Of a DNA stretch of 64,000 nucleotides, positions 50,118 to 62,654 are shown piece by piece (within the stretch, counting starts at the first letter, position 1; every line of letters starts with the position of its first letter). The notes beneath the pieces were generated by a model. The model was given only the letters and a program-made list of their open reading frames with translations, did not search any database and had not been told where the DNA came from. This DNA is from Pristiophorus japonicus (lineage: Eukaryota), in the NCBI RefSeq assembly GCF_044704955.1, contig NC_091993.1:19840001-19904000 (forward strand), given 5' to 3'. Position numbers and translations under genes: made by a program.

Positions 50118-51190
50118 TACAACAACAACTTGCATTTATATAGCACCTTCAACATAGTAAAACGTTCCGACAATTCACATGAGCGTTATCAAACAAAATG
50201 TGACAGCGAGCCACATAAGGAGATATTAGGGCGCATGACCAACAGCTTGGTCAAAGAGGTAGGTGTAATGTATTTGCTTCATGGCTTTTTTTGCTTAAGA
50301 ATTCATAGCAACATATTGCTATTAAGAACTAGGTGGTTTATTAACAAAGGTTTAACAATCACACTACACATTACCAGTTCATCCACTAGGCTCACAATTG
50401 CACACCTCATCGTCGATGACCTAGACTCAACTGACTGGGGTTTTATTGAGTCTTGTGATCATCACGTGACTGGCTAAACCACTCACAATGCAACAACTCT
50501 ATTTTTGTAGAAAACAATTAAATCAAATGCCCCCTGATTAACCTGTGAGCATACTCACAGGTGCATCGATTACAGTAGGTTTTAAGGAATGTCTTAAAGG
50601 AGCAAAGAGAGGTAGAGGCGCGGAGCACTTTAGGGAGGGAATTCCAGAGCTTAGTGTCGAGGCAGCTGAAGGCACGGCAGCCAATGGTCGGGCGATTAAA
50701 ATCAGAAATGCGTAAGAGGCCAGAATTGGAGGACCGCAGATATCTCGGAGGGTTGTAGGGCTGGAGGCGGTTACAGAGCTAGGGAAGGGCGAGGCCATGG
50801 AGGGATTTGAAAACAAGGATGAGATTTTTTTTAAATCGAGGAGTTGCTTAACCGGGAGCCAACATCGGTCAGCGAGCACAGGGACGATGGGTGAACTGAA
50901 CTTGGTGCGTGTTAGGACATGGGCGGCCGAGTTTTGGATGAGCTCAAGTTTATGGAGGGTGGAAGATGGCAGACCAGCCAGGAGTGCATTGGTTTAGTCA
51001 AGTCTAGAGGTAACAAAAACATGGAATGAGAGTTTTAGCAGCAGGTGAGTTGAGGCAGGGTCGATGTTAAGGAGGTGGAAATAGGCGGTTTTGGTGATGA
51101 AGCGGATAGGTCGTTGGAAGCTCATCTCGGGATCAAGTACAACACCAAAGTTGTGAACAGTCTGGTTCAGCCTCAGACAGTTGCCAGGGA
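50118..51190 (-). mobile_element. L2 LINE 3' region interrupted by a solo LTR
   Basis: ACAACAACAACTTGCATTTATATAGC tail; reverse complement of 46615-47218. Confidence 0.92.
50264..50574 (-). mobile_element. Solo LTR-like element, family C
   Basis: TGTAAT..ATTACA termini, perfect TSD GTAGG. Confidence 0.9.
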
Positions 51191-52169
51191 GAAAACAAAA
51201 AAGATTAGATTTTATTAACAGTAAAAATGGGTTTGAATATTTCAGTTGTAGCCACGCTGCTGACTCCTGGTGAACTCATCTGCAAAGTTCCGTTGACTAT
51301 GACTTACTGCGACCAACACTGATTTAGGTCCTTGCAATCATTTGCTGAAGTCATCTAATGGAACAGGCAGATTAAGCCTCGAAAAATAACTCACACGCAT
51401 AATGGGCTCAGAATTTTCCTTTCAAAACTTTGGATTTAACAACAGATCAATGAGTTGTCAGAATTGAAAAAATGAGTTATTTGTCAGTGTTAAATCGATT
51501 ATCAAATCAATCTGCCAATTATCACAACATTTGGTTTATTTTACCTGAAAATATAGGATAATAAGAGGCGCCGGTAGCCAGAATCTTGGGAATATGCTGC
51601 AATTTGATTAGCAGAACTGTCTGTATCGATTCATATTCTTAAAAAATAAATGCCTCTTGAGCATAGTGCTATAAAATGTCTGAGCTTGCAGAACCATGAA
51701 TGAAATGTTGGGAGAGTGTATGAAGATTGAATTGATATTGGAATCTTTATGGCTGTGAGGCACTTTGCTGCTGCATAAACACCTCTGGAATTTCCTGACT
51801 GTCAGCAATGCAAACAGCTGATGGCCAGCATTAATATTCCTTGGCAGGATTTACTGGGGTAATGAGCTGGTGTTGAGGTGATGGGTTAAGGGCTGGTGAG
51901 CTGCATGCTTAGATTTACACATTAAATCACTTTCAATGAGATGAATTATAATGAGTGAAAGTGATGGGAAGGACAAAAGACAGGATGAAAGCTATTGGCA
52001 TCGGACAACCAGGGATTGAGAACGAAGATAAAAACACATCTTCAAACACCTTCAATTCAAGAGCGAGGGCACACCAGCTAGCACAATTTCAGTCAGCTGT
52101 CTATCCCCCCAATGCTGAGAGCTAAGCTGGCTCCTTGAAGTAGATTTTCCACCATGTACATAGATGCAG

Positions 52170-52575
52170 ATTTTTTTTTAATTAATTCATGGGATGTGGG
52201 TATCGCTGGCAAGCCCAGCATTTATTACCCATCTCTAATTGCCCTTGAGAAGGTGGTGGTAAGCTGCCTTCTTGAACCACTGAACACTTCAGAGGGTAGT
52301 TAAGCATCAACCACATTGCTGTGGATCTGGAGTCACATTTAGGCCAGACCAGGTAAGGATGGAAGATTTCCTTCCCTAAAGGACATTAGTGAACTAACTG
52401 GGTTTTTACAACAATCCGGTAGTTTCATGGTCACCATTAGCTTTTTATTCCAGATTTATTTAATTAACTGAATTTAAATTCCCCAGCTGCCCTGGTGGGA
52501 TTTGAACTCATGTCTCCAGATCATTAATCCAGGCCTCGGGATTACTAGTCCAGTAACATAACCACTATGCTACCA
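52170..52575 (-). mobile_element. tRNA-derived SINE with CR1-like tail
   Basis: Minus head GGTAGCATAGTGGTTA..GAGTTCAAATCCC; tail matches CR1-like 3' ends at 49370-49660; second copy 62655-63570. Confidence 0.8.
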
Positions 52576-53124
52576 TTCCGGCTGATGTGCAAATTTTGCT
52601 CCCATATGATGAGCTCATGAACATCCCCAGTGTATCTTCCAGAATTGGCCCTAATTGCATATTCAATGAGCTACTGGTGTGCAATCTATCAGTTACTGTG
52701 AGCTTGCAGATTTGGAGGGGCGCAGGGAGAGAGTTCGAGGAGGACGTGGTGGTGGGTGCAGGTTATCTCATGCAGTTGCAGGTATTTAAAACAAGGGCGC
52801 TTTTTGGCAGTCAACGAATGATGCAAGGATGATGTACTTTTTCTATTGTTATTATACAGTAGCACCAAAGATCAATATCCAGCTTTATCGATATAGCATT
52901 TGAGATGTTAGTAATAGAGGTAGGAGAAAGAGCATCGTCCCCACAATAGAGTAGCTCCGACTGCTCAGCGAGGGATTATGCCGTGTGCAAGTGCAGTCTC
53001 CAGCACCCAAAGAGAGTGGTACCCAATAGGACCTAAGGAAATCAGCCCAGGTAGAGCTTACATTACACCAAGTAGATGGGCAAAGTGTACATCACAATGT
53101 GTATCCTCACACTGCTGTAATATT

Positions 53125-54080
53125 AAACAACAACAACTTGTATTTATATAGCAACTTTAATGTAGTAAAACGTCGCAAGGCACTTCACAGAAGTGTTGCA
53201 AGACAAAAAATTTGACACCGAGCCGCATAACTTGAGGAAGGACATTCTTGCTATTGAGGGAGTGCAGCGAAGGTTCACCAGACTAATTCCCGGGATGGTG
53301 GGACTGACCTATCAAGAAAGACTGGATCAACTGGGCTTGTATTCATTGGAGTTCAGAAGAATGAGAGGGGACCTCATAGAAACGTTTAAAATTCTGACGG
53401 GTTTAGACAGGTTAGATGCAGGAAGAACGTTCCCAATGTTGGGGAAGTGCAGAACCAGGGGTCACAGTCTAAGGATAAGGGGTAAGCCATTTAGGACCGA
53501 GATGAGAAGAAACTTCTTCACCCAGAGAGTGGTGAACCTGTGGAATTCTCTACCACAGAAAGTTGTTGAGGCCAATTCACTAAATATATTCAAAAGGGAG
53601 TTAGATGAAGTCCTTACTACTCAGGGGATCAAGGGGTATGGCGAGAAAGCAGAAAGGGGGTACTGAAGTTGCATGTTCAGCCATGAACTCATTGAATGGC
53701 GGTGCAGGCTAGAAGGGCCGAATGGCCTACTCCTGCACCTATTTTTCTATGTTTCTTCTATGTTTCTATAAGAAATTAGGGCAGGTGACCAAAAGCTTGA
53801 TCAAAGGGGTAGGTTTTAAGGAGCGTCTTGAAGGAGGGAAGAGAGGTAGAGAGGCGGAGAGGTTCAGGGAGGGAGGTGCAGAGCTTAGGGCCCAGTCAGC
53901 TGAAGGCATGGCCACCAATGGTTGAGCGATTATAATCAGGGATGCTCAAGAGGGCAGAATTAGAGCAGCGCAGATATTTTAGGGGGTTGTGGGGCTGGAG
54001 GAGATTACAGAGATAGGGAGGGGCGAGGTCGTGGAGGGATTTGAAAACAAGGATGAGAATTTTGAAATCGAGGCGTTGCT
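53125..54080 (-). mobile_element. L2 LINE 3' end interrupted by CR1
   Basis: L2 tail at 53125; QRLDFKILILVFKSLHDLAPPYL at 53896-54080. Confidence 0.9.
53232..53768 (+). mobile_element. CR1 LINE 3' end (little decayed)
   Basis: Open frame LRKDILAIEGVQRRFTRLIPGM..FFTQRVVNLWNSLP; (TTTCTATG)n tail. Confidence 0.95.
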
Positions 54081-54906
54081 TATACATGGATTGTTGACGT
54101 GTATAACTCCAACTGAATGCTCACCATGCACGTCCACAATGCAGCAATGTACAAACTATGGTTGAAACTTAGCCATAAAACTCTTGGCACTAATGCCATC
54201 CCACAAAACCTAGATACAGGATGGATGTTATGTACTCGGCACATGATAGGAAAAAAGGATGGGCACCTTGGTGTCATTTTATCTATCCCATGTGCTTCCA
54301 ATATCTCAACACGACTTCTCCGCTTGCAGGACAAGGCAGTACAGAGCAACAGGGAGCAGATCTAAACTGGAGAGAGGCCCACAACTCTAAGCTTTTGAGG
54401 GACTTTAAACAGTTACCTTGAAAATCCTTAATATCGGTAGCATAGAGGGAATTGGACAGGGTTATACCAGAGGCCTACCCCGCAAGCTCAGGAGTACCAC
54501 ATTCTCATGTTCTTTCTGCTCTGCCTATTCACTCAACTCCTCCACCCACTCAAGCACAACGCTAGGCACACCTTTTTATAGCCCCGTTAGCATATCCAGG
54601 AGGTGCACTAACATTTTTTTTTTGAAAAAAGCACATTGTAGTCTCTAAACCTGCTCAATTCGCAGGTTCAAAGTCTGCACCTCCTGACAGAGAGGTGGGA
54701 GTATATACACTGAGCCAAAGGCTTACTGCTGGGCACGGTTCCCCCGACGTTGCCCGGCGGCGCAGTTACTTTGAGCCTGCCGTGCACCAGGTGTTGCATG
54801 CCGTGCAGTCCCGCTGGAACGGGCTCCAGCCTCCAGCGCCCAGGTGCTCTTTCCAATCGCGTCCCACAGGCGCATTCTTTGGGCCTGCAGAAGCAGATCG
54901 GGCGCT

Positions 54907-55463
54907 CGCATTGCACAACACCTCCGTTCAGTCCGTAAGCGTGACCCCGAGCTTCCGGTCGTCTGTCACTTTAATTCTCCGCTCCACTCCCACTCTGACC
55001 TCCCCATCCTCGACTTCCTATACTGTTCCAATGAAGGTCAGCATAAGCTCAGGGATCAGAACCTCAGAACCTCTGCCCATATTCTTTCCCCTTTCCTCCC
55101 TTTTATTTACAAATCTCCCCCCCCACCACTTTCTTTTTTTTCTCTTTCCCATGGATGATTCCACCATTCACACCCCGTCTAAACTCATTTTCTGTTTCCG
55201 AACTTGTCCCATTACCATCTCATTTTTGCCCATCGTCACTTTTGTCTCTCTAATCTCTCCTGCCTTCCACCCTATCACCGACCTTCCCCTTTGTTCTTTC
55301 CTCCCCTCCCCCTTTCAATGCCCCTGCACTTCCTTAAGAATCTGTTACACCTCGAACTTTTCCAGTTCTAACAAAGGGTCACAGACCCGAAACGTTAACT
55401 CTGTTTCTCTCCACAGATGTTGCCTGACCTGTTGAGATTCCCAGCATTTTCTGTTCTGATTTC
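54907..55463 (+). mobile_element. Penelope-like element 3' fragment (GIY-YIG C-terminus plus pLTR)
   Basis: RIAQHLRSVRKRDPELPVVCHFNSPLHSHSDL..HKLRDQNL, then the hammerhead-bearing terminal repeat. Confidence 0.88.
55364..55400 (+). ncRNA. Hammerhead ribozyme motif, core mutated
   Basis: AGTT-CTAACAA-A-GGGTC ACA GACCC-GAAAC-GTT-AACT; perfect stem II but two G>A changes in CUGANGA. Confidence 0.6.
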
Positions 55464-55571
55464 GGTGCCTGCGCGCTGATAGCCGCTGCAACCCGGAGTC
55501 CTGAGCCACTGAGAATGAACTGCTGCCGAAGGCCGATGCTGTGCTGGGAGTCCGGGCGAATGGCGAGGGGC

Positions 55572-55581
55572 TTATAAATAG
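55572..55581 (-). promoter_or_regulatory. Candidate TATA/MEF2-type element in a CpG-rich unique segment
   Basis: CTATTTATAA (minus) flanked by GC-rich sequence; CpG-rich 55464-55620. Confidence 0.4.
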
Positions 55582-55619
55582 CGCCTGCACACTGAAACCC
55601 TCTACAGGCCTGAGCCTCG

Positions 55620-55872
55620 GGAAGGGATGGGGAGGGAGGGAGGAGGGTGAGGGAGGAAGAAGGGAGTGGGAGGGACAAAGGAAAAGATAGGGGGAGAAGG
55701 ATGGAGGGGAGGAAGAGAGAGGGGGAGGAGAGAAGGTTGAGGGAAGGAGAGGGGGGAGGGGGAGAGAGAGAAGGAGCAGGAATAGAGTGAGGGGAGAAAG
55801 AGGGAGGGAGGGAGAGTGAAGAGAGGAAGGAGGGAGAGAGAGGGAGAGAGAGGCAGGGGGAGAGAGGGAGTG
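55620..55872. repeat. Polypurine (GA-rich) tract
   Basis: ~250 bp almost entirely G/A. Confidence 0.95.
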
Positions 55873-56289
55873 ATGGAAATAACTGGTTGGAATTCTCCAA
55901 ATGTTCTTTTGTAAAACATTTGCACATGCAATAATATAGTTTTTGTAAGAGCTCATGTGACCTGTTACTGTTAGTGATTAAATAAAGCCTCTAATCAGGT
56001 TTGAAAAGAAAAAGAGAGCATGATTTTTAAGAGATTGTCGGATTGTCTCATGATTTAAGATGGGGTGGCAAATGGCAATATATTACTGTATACATGGTTT
56101 TCTGTGGTTGTTGTTGTAATAAAAGTGGTTGTTGTAAAATTTGCCCGCTGACAAAAAGGTCACACTCAAAGGAGTTCGTGGCCTGCTCAATACAAACCAA
56201 AATTAGAAAGAAGATTGCTCCTTGGTCCGAATTTTCTGCTTACAACGGAGTGTCCAGCACTTCATATATTCCAATGTTAGAGGATCTAC

Positions 56290-56505
56290 CACCAAGCTCA
56301 TGGTCTACAGGGCTGTAGTAATACCTGCCCTCCTGTATGGCTCAGAGACATGGACCATGTGTAGTAGACACCTCAAGTCTCTGGAGAAATACCACCAACG
56401 ATGCCTCTGCAAGATCCTACAAATCCTCTGGGAGGGCAGACACACCAACATTAGTGTCCTCAACCAGGCCAACATCCTCAACATTGAAGCACTGACCACA
56501 CTTGA
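56290..56505 (+). mobile_element. RTE LINE fragment
   Basis: TKLMVYRAVVIPALLYGSETWT..HQRCLCKIL. Confidence 0.9.
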
Positions 56506-56654
56506 GCATTTAAGACTTGGATAAAGCAGCAACCAGAAACCAGAATGTTCAGACAACACACAATACCTGAAAATGGATGTTATCCAACCATAACATCATG
56601 TAGAAAATGAGCACTGGTAAGAGAAATTTCTGCTCAAGATCCCTTTTAATCTCT

Positions 56655-57020
56655 ATAAAATTATGAAGGGTTTCGATAGAGTAAATAAAGAGAAATTGTT
56701 TCCAATGGCTGAAGGGTTGATAACCAGAGGGCACAGATTTAAACAGATTGGCAAAAGAACCAGAGGCGACATCAGGAAAATCTTTTTTATGCAACAAGTG
56801 GTGCGGATTTGGAATGCACTGCCCGACAGGGTGGTGAATCCAGATTCAATAACCTTCAGAAGGCAATTGGATAAATACTTCAAGGAGAAAACATTTCAGA
56901 GATATGGGGAAAGAGCGGGGGAGTGGAACTAACTGGATTGCTCTTTGAAAGAGCCGGCATAGACTCGATGGGCCGAATGGCCTCCTTCTGTGGTGTACTA
57001 TTCTATGATTCTATGATTCT
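56655..57020 (+). mobile_element. CR1 LINE 3' end
   Basis: MKGFDRVNKEKLFP..TRGHRFK..VVRIWNALP; (ATTCTATG)n tail. Confidence 0.92.
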
Positions 57021-57596
57021 AAGATTTGCCAATCATGCTACCCAAAACAAACTCATTGTTAAGAAGCTGTCAATCAAATGGCCCATTCCTGAAGAGGAGT
57101 GCAGCTCCTCAAAAAAAAAATCTGGAATTTTCACACAAATGAGGCCTAAGTTTATTAAGCATTCAAACAACTTTAGATATCTGTAATTTATGTATTACAG
57201 GGGCACGGACAGCTCATTTCAAACAGGGAAGGAATTAAAAAATGTCTTCTCCCCAAGAGAGTGCAGAAAAGTAAGCCTAAATATCCAAGACCCCAGAGGG
57301 CTGTAGATAGAGATGTTTACTTGGGTACAGCAATTAAATGCACAAAGGATAGAACCAAATGTGATCAATTAAGTTTGAATGAAATGCTTCCAACGTGTTA
57401 AAAGCCACTTGTAGAACATGCCAATAATATCACACGTTGTTGGAGAGCCAAAGGCAATCACTGGCCGAGTACTGCAAATGAAACTAAAGTGGGCAGTCTA
57501 TTTCTCACTGAGGATAGATGTTGGAAAAAGAAATGTTGGAAAAAGAAATAAAGAACGAAGATTGCGGCAGCTAGATCAAAGACACAGACTGAGAAC

Positions 57597-57870
57597 CATC
57601 ATCACCACAGGCAGTCCCTCAGAATCGAAGAGAGCTTGCTTTCACTCTAAAAGTGAGTTCCTCAGGTGACTGAACAGTCCAATACGGGAATTACAGTCTC
57701 TGTCACAGGTGGGACAGACAGTGGTTGAAGCAAAGGGTGAGTGGGGAGTCTGATTTGCCGCACGCTCTTTCCACTGTCTGCGCTTGGTTTCTGCATGCTC
57801 ACGGCGACGAGACTCGAGGTGCACAGCAGCCTCCCAGATGCTCTTCCTCCACTTTTGAGGAAGGTCCTCT
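57597..57870 (-). mobile_element. RTE LINE 3' end
   Basis: KWRKSIWE..CPTCDRDCNSRIGLFSHLR. Confidence 0.9.
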
Positions 57871-58699
57871 GTATCAGAATATCGTTTCTTCATGCTCGAT
57901 TTGTTCCGAAATAACACAATGGCCATCAGATGAAAGTCTCTTTACTCACTACGAATGAGGCACTTACCAACATTATATGGCATTATTAAACGAGTCACTG
58001 ATTTGAACCAGAAATGAGGACTTTTGGACAATCATTCTCCGCAGTCAACCAATCCAACTCAATCCAGCCCCTGAAGGACAGAAATAAATCTGGACGTATG
58101 AAGAACAGCGGGGCGAGCGATATTTTCGTTGTGTGCAACAAACAAACCCCATTCTTTATAAATAAAATTGTAGAATGACATTTTACAATTCTGCAATGGC
58201 ATACACATAGAGCACAGAGCAAGTTTCTCATGGGATTTTTTTTGGGGAATAGGAAAAGAGGCAGAATCTCACCGTGGCATTTTGATGGCAACTGTTGACT
58301 TGACCCCAACGTGATTAATACTACTCCATTCTGTCTGAACCATGAACCCTAGAGATCCAACACTTTGAATGTTGCCTTAAAAATGAAGAGGTGGATACTC
58401 GACCGTGACATGCGTTAATCTTGAAACACCTGCAAAGATTGCATTACTATTGATAGGGTTTGTGGCTCCAAAATCCCAGCAGAGTTTGCAGGGTCAGTGG
58501 GCGGGGACCTGATTATAATGCAGCAGGTGGGCACAAGCACTGCTACAGGTACATCTCTAGTACCTGCCTGCACCATTCTCACAGGTAGGGAGGACTCCAA
58601 CCTCCTTCACCCATTCCCCAACCCCAAACAGTTTTCTTTTGGTCCCCCGACTAACTGGACTGATCGAAATATTTTTTTTAATGACTCTCTTCAAGGGCC

Positions 58700-59093
58700 T
58701 GGACTCAAGTGTTGGGCCCCACATTCACCCTTGTGGAGGCTGGTGTGCCATGACTCTCCTAGCGCCAGGGGCCCAACGGCAGCACGGGCCAGCCCACACT
58801 GCGATATGTGTGCACACTTGGTCCATGCAGCAGAGCAGGTCTCCAGTCGTCTTGGTTAATCCTTGCCACTGGAGCAAGACCTAGCTCTGTCAAGCCCATG
58901 TGGTGGCTGGTGTGCAACGGCCACCACACGTTAAAAAAATCCACACTCAGGCATCTTCCACCCTTCAACATGTAGTTCGGGATCTGGAATATTAGGTTCT
59001 TCATTGAAACACCTATGAACTCATTCTTTTTTGGCATAGAAGCAAGTCATCCTCGATATGAGGGATCACCTATGATGATGATGATGATGATGA
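58700..59093 (+). mobile_element. Non-coding retroposon with RTE-type 3' tail
   Basis: Ends AAGCAAGTCATCCTCG..AGGGA..CCTA(TGA)n like the RTE tails at 21640-21680; body non-coding; 5' boundary uncertain. Confidence 0.6.
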
Positions 59094-59449
59094 GCGTACC
59101 AGCCTGCACTGAGACACCATGCCCCTATACAACCTGACTAATGTGAACCCCTGGATTAAGGAGTCTCCACCCCTTGATATCATTGGCACTGTGTGGGGCC
59201 GAAAGCGAGGCCACGCCTTACAAGATAACCAAAAAACTCTTGCAAATGGCAGAGACTTGGCACGAATGGGTCTGCATCATTTAATTTAGGGTTTGCGAGT
59301 CTCCTTCTGGAGCTCTGGGAGGAGACTGGCAGAACCCCAAGGAATTTCACGGCAGTGTGTCTAATCTAAGTTTACTAGCTCATTTGTATTACAGCAAAGT
59401 AATGCCCATACCTCATGATACAGTGCTTAATATAGCGAGAGGAAATTGA

Positions 59450-59715
59450 GGTGATTACATAGTATTTGCAGCACAGAAACAGGCCAATCGGCCCAACAGG
59501 TCCATATCTGTGTTTATGCTCCACACGAGCCTCATCCCACCCTAGTTCATCTAATCCCATCAACATATCCTTCTATTCCTTTCTCTCTCACCTGCTTATC
59601 ATTCCTCTTAAAGGCATCTATGCTATTCGCCTCAACTACTCCATGTGGTAGCGAGTTCCACACACCAACCTCTCTCTAAGTAAAGAGGTTTCTCCTGAAT
59701 TCCTTCTTGGATGTA
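59450..59715 (-). mobile_element. CR1 LINE 3' tail
   Basis: GCACAGAAACAGGCC..CATGTGGTAGCGAGTTCCAC. Confidence 0.75.
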
Positions 59716-60459
59716 TTGATGTTCGTTCTTGCAGAGGGAAGTTTTGCAGCCAAAGTTTGGGAGTTGTGAATGCAACTTGTGAGCAACTACAGGTGTGCAG
59801 TAGTTCCAACATCTCTGCTAGTCTCCAAATCTACCCTGCAGTGTTAATGGGGTGAACTTAGAACACCAGCAACCACACCATATTGGTCCTGCGATATAAA
59901 TGGGGCATTAAGCATGAGGTAGGATGCAATAAATCTAGGTTTAACTAGGTAAAAGTACACAGCAATCAGTCACAGCTCATTACGCCAGCCCTCGTTAATC
60001 CATCAGTCTTGGATTCCAACAGCACATTAAGGACCAAAGAGGCATCTGCACAAGGAGAATTAGCCATTGAAACAGCGATTTAAATTCCGTCGCTGTATGC
60101 TTGATTTATAGGCCAATTTACCCCTATTTCAATATACGTTCAACACACCATTTTCTAATTCAGGTCGATTTGTGCAGAAAAGAACTGAAGATAGATTGCA
60201 AACCAGATCAGATACCTCCAGACAGATACTGATAGATAGATGGGACAGATACAGAGGCTAGGCACCATCACTAAATCACAAAATATTTGACTACTAAATA
60301 ACAGCGAAAGAATTAACTCTGATTTAAGATGGTTTGAAACAGTCATTGCTATATTGCCATCATAATGTCCAAAAGATTTAAGCTGAGCCAAAAACATTGA
60401 GCCATCAATGGCCACCACCTGTTTATATCAATTTCTTAACTGCCTGTACCCACCTATAG

Positions 60460-61655
60460 TAGGACCTTGATAACATCCAAGTGGCAGGTAACTTTCATGC
60501 CATATACGTGCCAGGTAATGACCATCTCAAAAAAGGAAAAGACCAGCCAATTCCCCTTGACCTTCGACAGCATCACCCGAGTCCCCTACCATTAACATCT
60601 TGCAGGGGTCACCATTGACCAGAAGCTGACTAAACTCGCCATATCAACACTGTGGCAACAAGAGCAAGGCAAAGGTTGAGTACTTTGCAATGGATTGGCT
60701 CCTTTCCTGACCACTCAAAGCCTATCCACCATCTCCAAAGTTCAAGCCAGGAGCGTGATGGAATACGCGTCTCTCAACAGGATGGGTGCAGCCACCACAC
60801 TCAAGAAACCCGACACCATCCTGGACAGAAGAGCTCACTTGATTGGCAGCTCTGGCACTGGACTCAGTATACACCCCCTCCATCCATCCACCTCCTGATG
60901 GCTGCAGTATCCTCAATTTACAGGATGCCACTGCTACAACTCACCAAGTTTACTTCAACAATACCTTCCTCCTTCCTTCCCTGTGACCTCTACCACCAAG
61001 GAGGACAAAAGCAACAATATTGTGGGGACGTCATAAATTCCAAGCCACACTAATATTGCCATTCCTTCCTCTTCGCTGGGTCAATTATAACAACAACTTT
61101 ATATACCAGCTTTAACAAAGAAAAATGCCCCAAGGTGCTTCACAGAGGCAGAATAACAAAGGAGGAGATATTAGGGGGGGGATGATTTCATGCTTGGTCA
61201 AAGAGATTTGTCTTTAAGAAAGGTCTTCGAAGAAGATAGCGAGATGGCAAGGCAGAGAGGTTTAGAAAAGGAATTCCAGAACATGAGGCTTAAGCAGCCA
61301 TCAGTGGGACAGGAGCAGGAATTGCTAAAGAGGCGCGAGCCAGAGGAACAGAGAATTACTGGGGATGCCTGTAGGCCTGGAAGAGGTTACAGAGATAGGG
61401 CGGGACAAGACCAAGAAGAGATGCAAACACAAGGATGAGTATTTTAAGTTTGAGGCGTTGGAGTTGTTGTAGATCAGTGAGGACTGGGGTGGTGGATGAA
61501 TGGGACTTGAAATTCTGAAAGAACTGGAGTACCCTGCCCATTGCCATAAGGATTGCTGCAGTTCAAGGAGAAGGCCCAGCAGTACTTGCTCAGAGCAACT
61601 AGGGATACATGACAAATGTAGCCTTGCCAGCGTTACCCACATCCCAAGCACAAAT
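60460..61655. mobile_element. Old CR1-like fragment (plus; 60460-61085, 61540-61655) with a nested L2 tail (minus; 61088-61470)
   Basis: LSTISKVQARSVMEYAS; L2 tail ACAACAAC..; CR1-like tail GCCTTGCCAGCGTTACCCACATCCC. Confidence 0.72.
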
Positions 61656-62654
61656 AGTAAAACAATATACAGTCCCATCACATCCTCATGATATTCCAAT
61701 GAGTTTTTTTTTTAAACAAATGGATAAGTCAATCACTGTAGGCAAAAATAGCAGTCAATTTTCACACACCAAAATTCCCCAAGCAGCATATGAATGAATA
61801 ACCATTCAATCTTTCTCTTTCTCAAGGGAATAATATTGGCCAGAATGGAGAACTCCTGGCTCATTTTCGAACAGTGCTGTTGGATCATTTGCATCCACCT
61901 GAGCAGACCGATGAAGCCTCAGCTTAGCATCTCACGGAAAAGACGGCGAGATGGAATATGCACCTTATATGGACTTGTACTCCGTCATCAGTGGCTCGTA
62001 TCAGTGTGAACGGTGTGACTTTGGGGTCCTTCTTTTCTTTGATGTTTTTAATTATATTTTGAGGGAACATATAGCGATGAAATATAGAAGTTCCCTCACC
62101 CTATTCAACAAATGAGAAAAAGCTCCCAGACACCCCAGTGATGGAAATAATTAATATGGATCACCGGGCTGTGATCTTCCAAGATTTACAGCCTATTTCT
62201 GTGCTATTGTACCGAGCGTTCAAAGGGCACCAGCTGTGGTAACTGACTCAACAGGGGGTTCTGGTTATCCAACTCACAGCTGTGCTTTGTTTTCAAAATG
62301 GATTAAGGGCTTGAGTTTTCTGAGAGATTGCCCAAATAACTTTGACATTTTTTTTTTGGTTGACAATTCTGTAGCCAGGATATGCGTGAACCATTATAGT
62401 GTTACAGGGCAGAAATTGACGAGAGACCCAGTGGCCAAGATATTTGTTCCGCGCTGAGGTCCGGAACAAAACAGGCATCATGCCTGGAAAGAGAGCCCGA
62501 AGATGTTGGCCTGAGGCTTGCTGCAAGTTAGGCCTCAAGCTGTAGACGCCAAATTGGCAAACACCAGGCAGCCTCTAGTGGTCCTTTTGTAGGCCTCTAG
62601 TTAGGCTGATGTCGATCAGGAAAAACTAAGCAGAGCATTCACAGCACATTGGAG

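Noticed and set aside
54695-55435. 246-aa plus-strand ORF
   Set aside because: Chimeric read-through from unique DNA into a Penelope fragment in a non-native frame
55345-55956. Leu/Ser/Pro-rich minus-strand ORFs
   Set aside because: Caused by the polypurine tract
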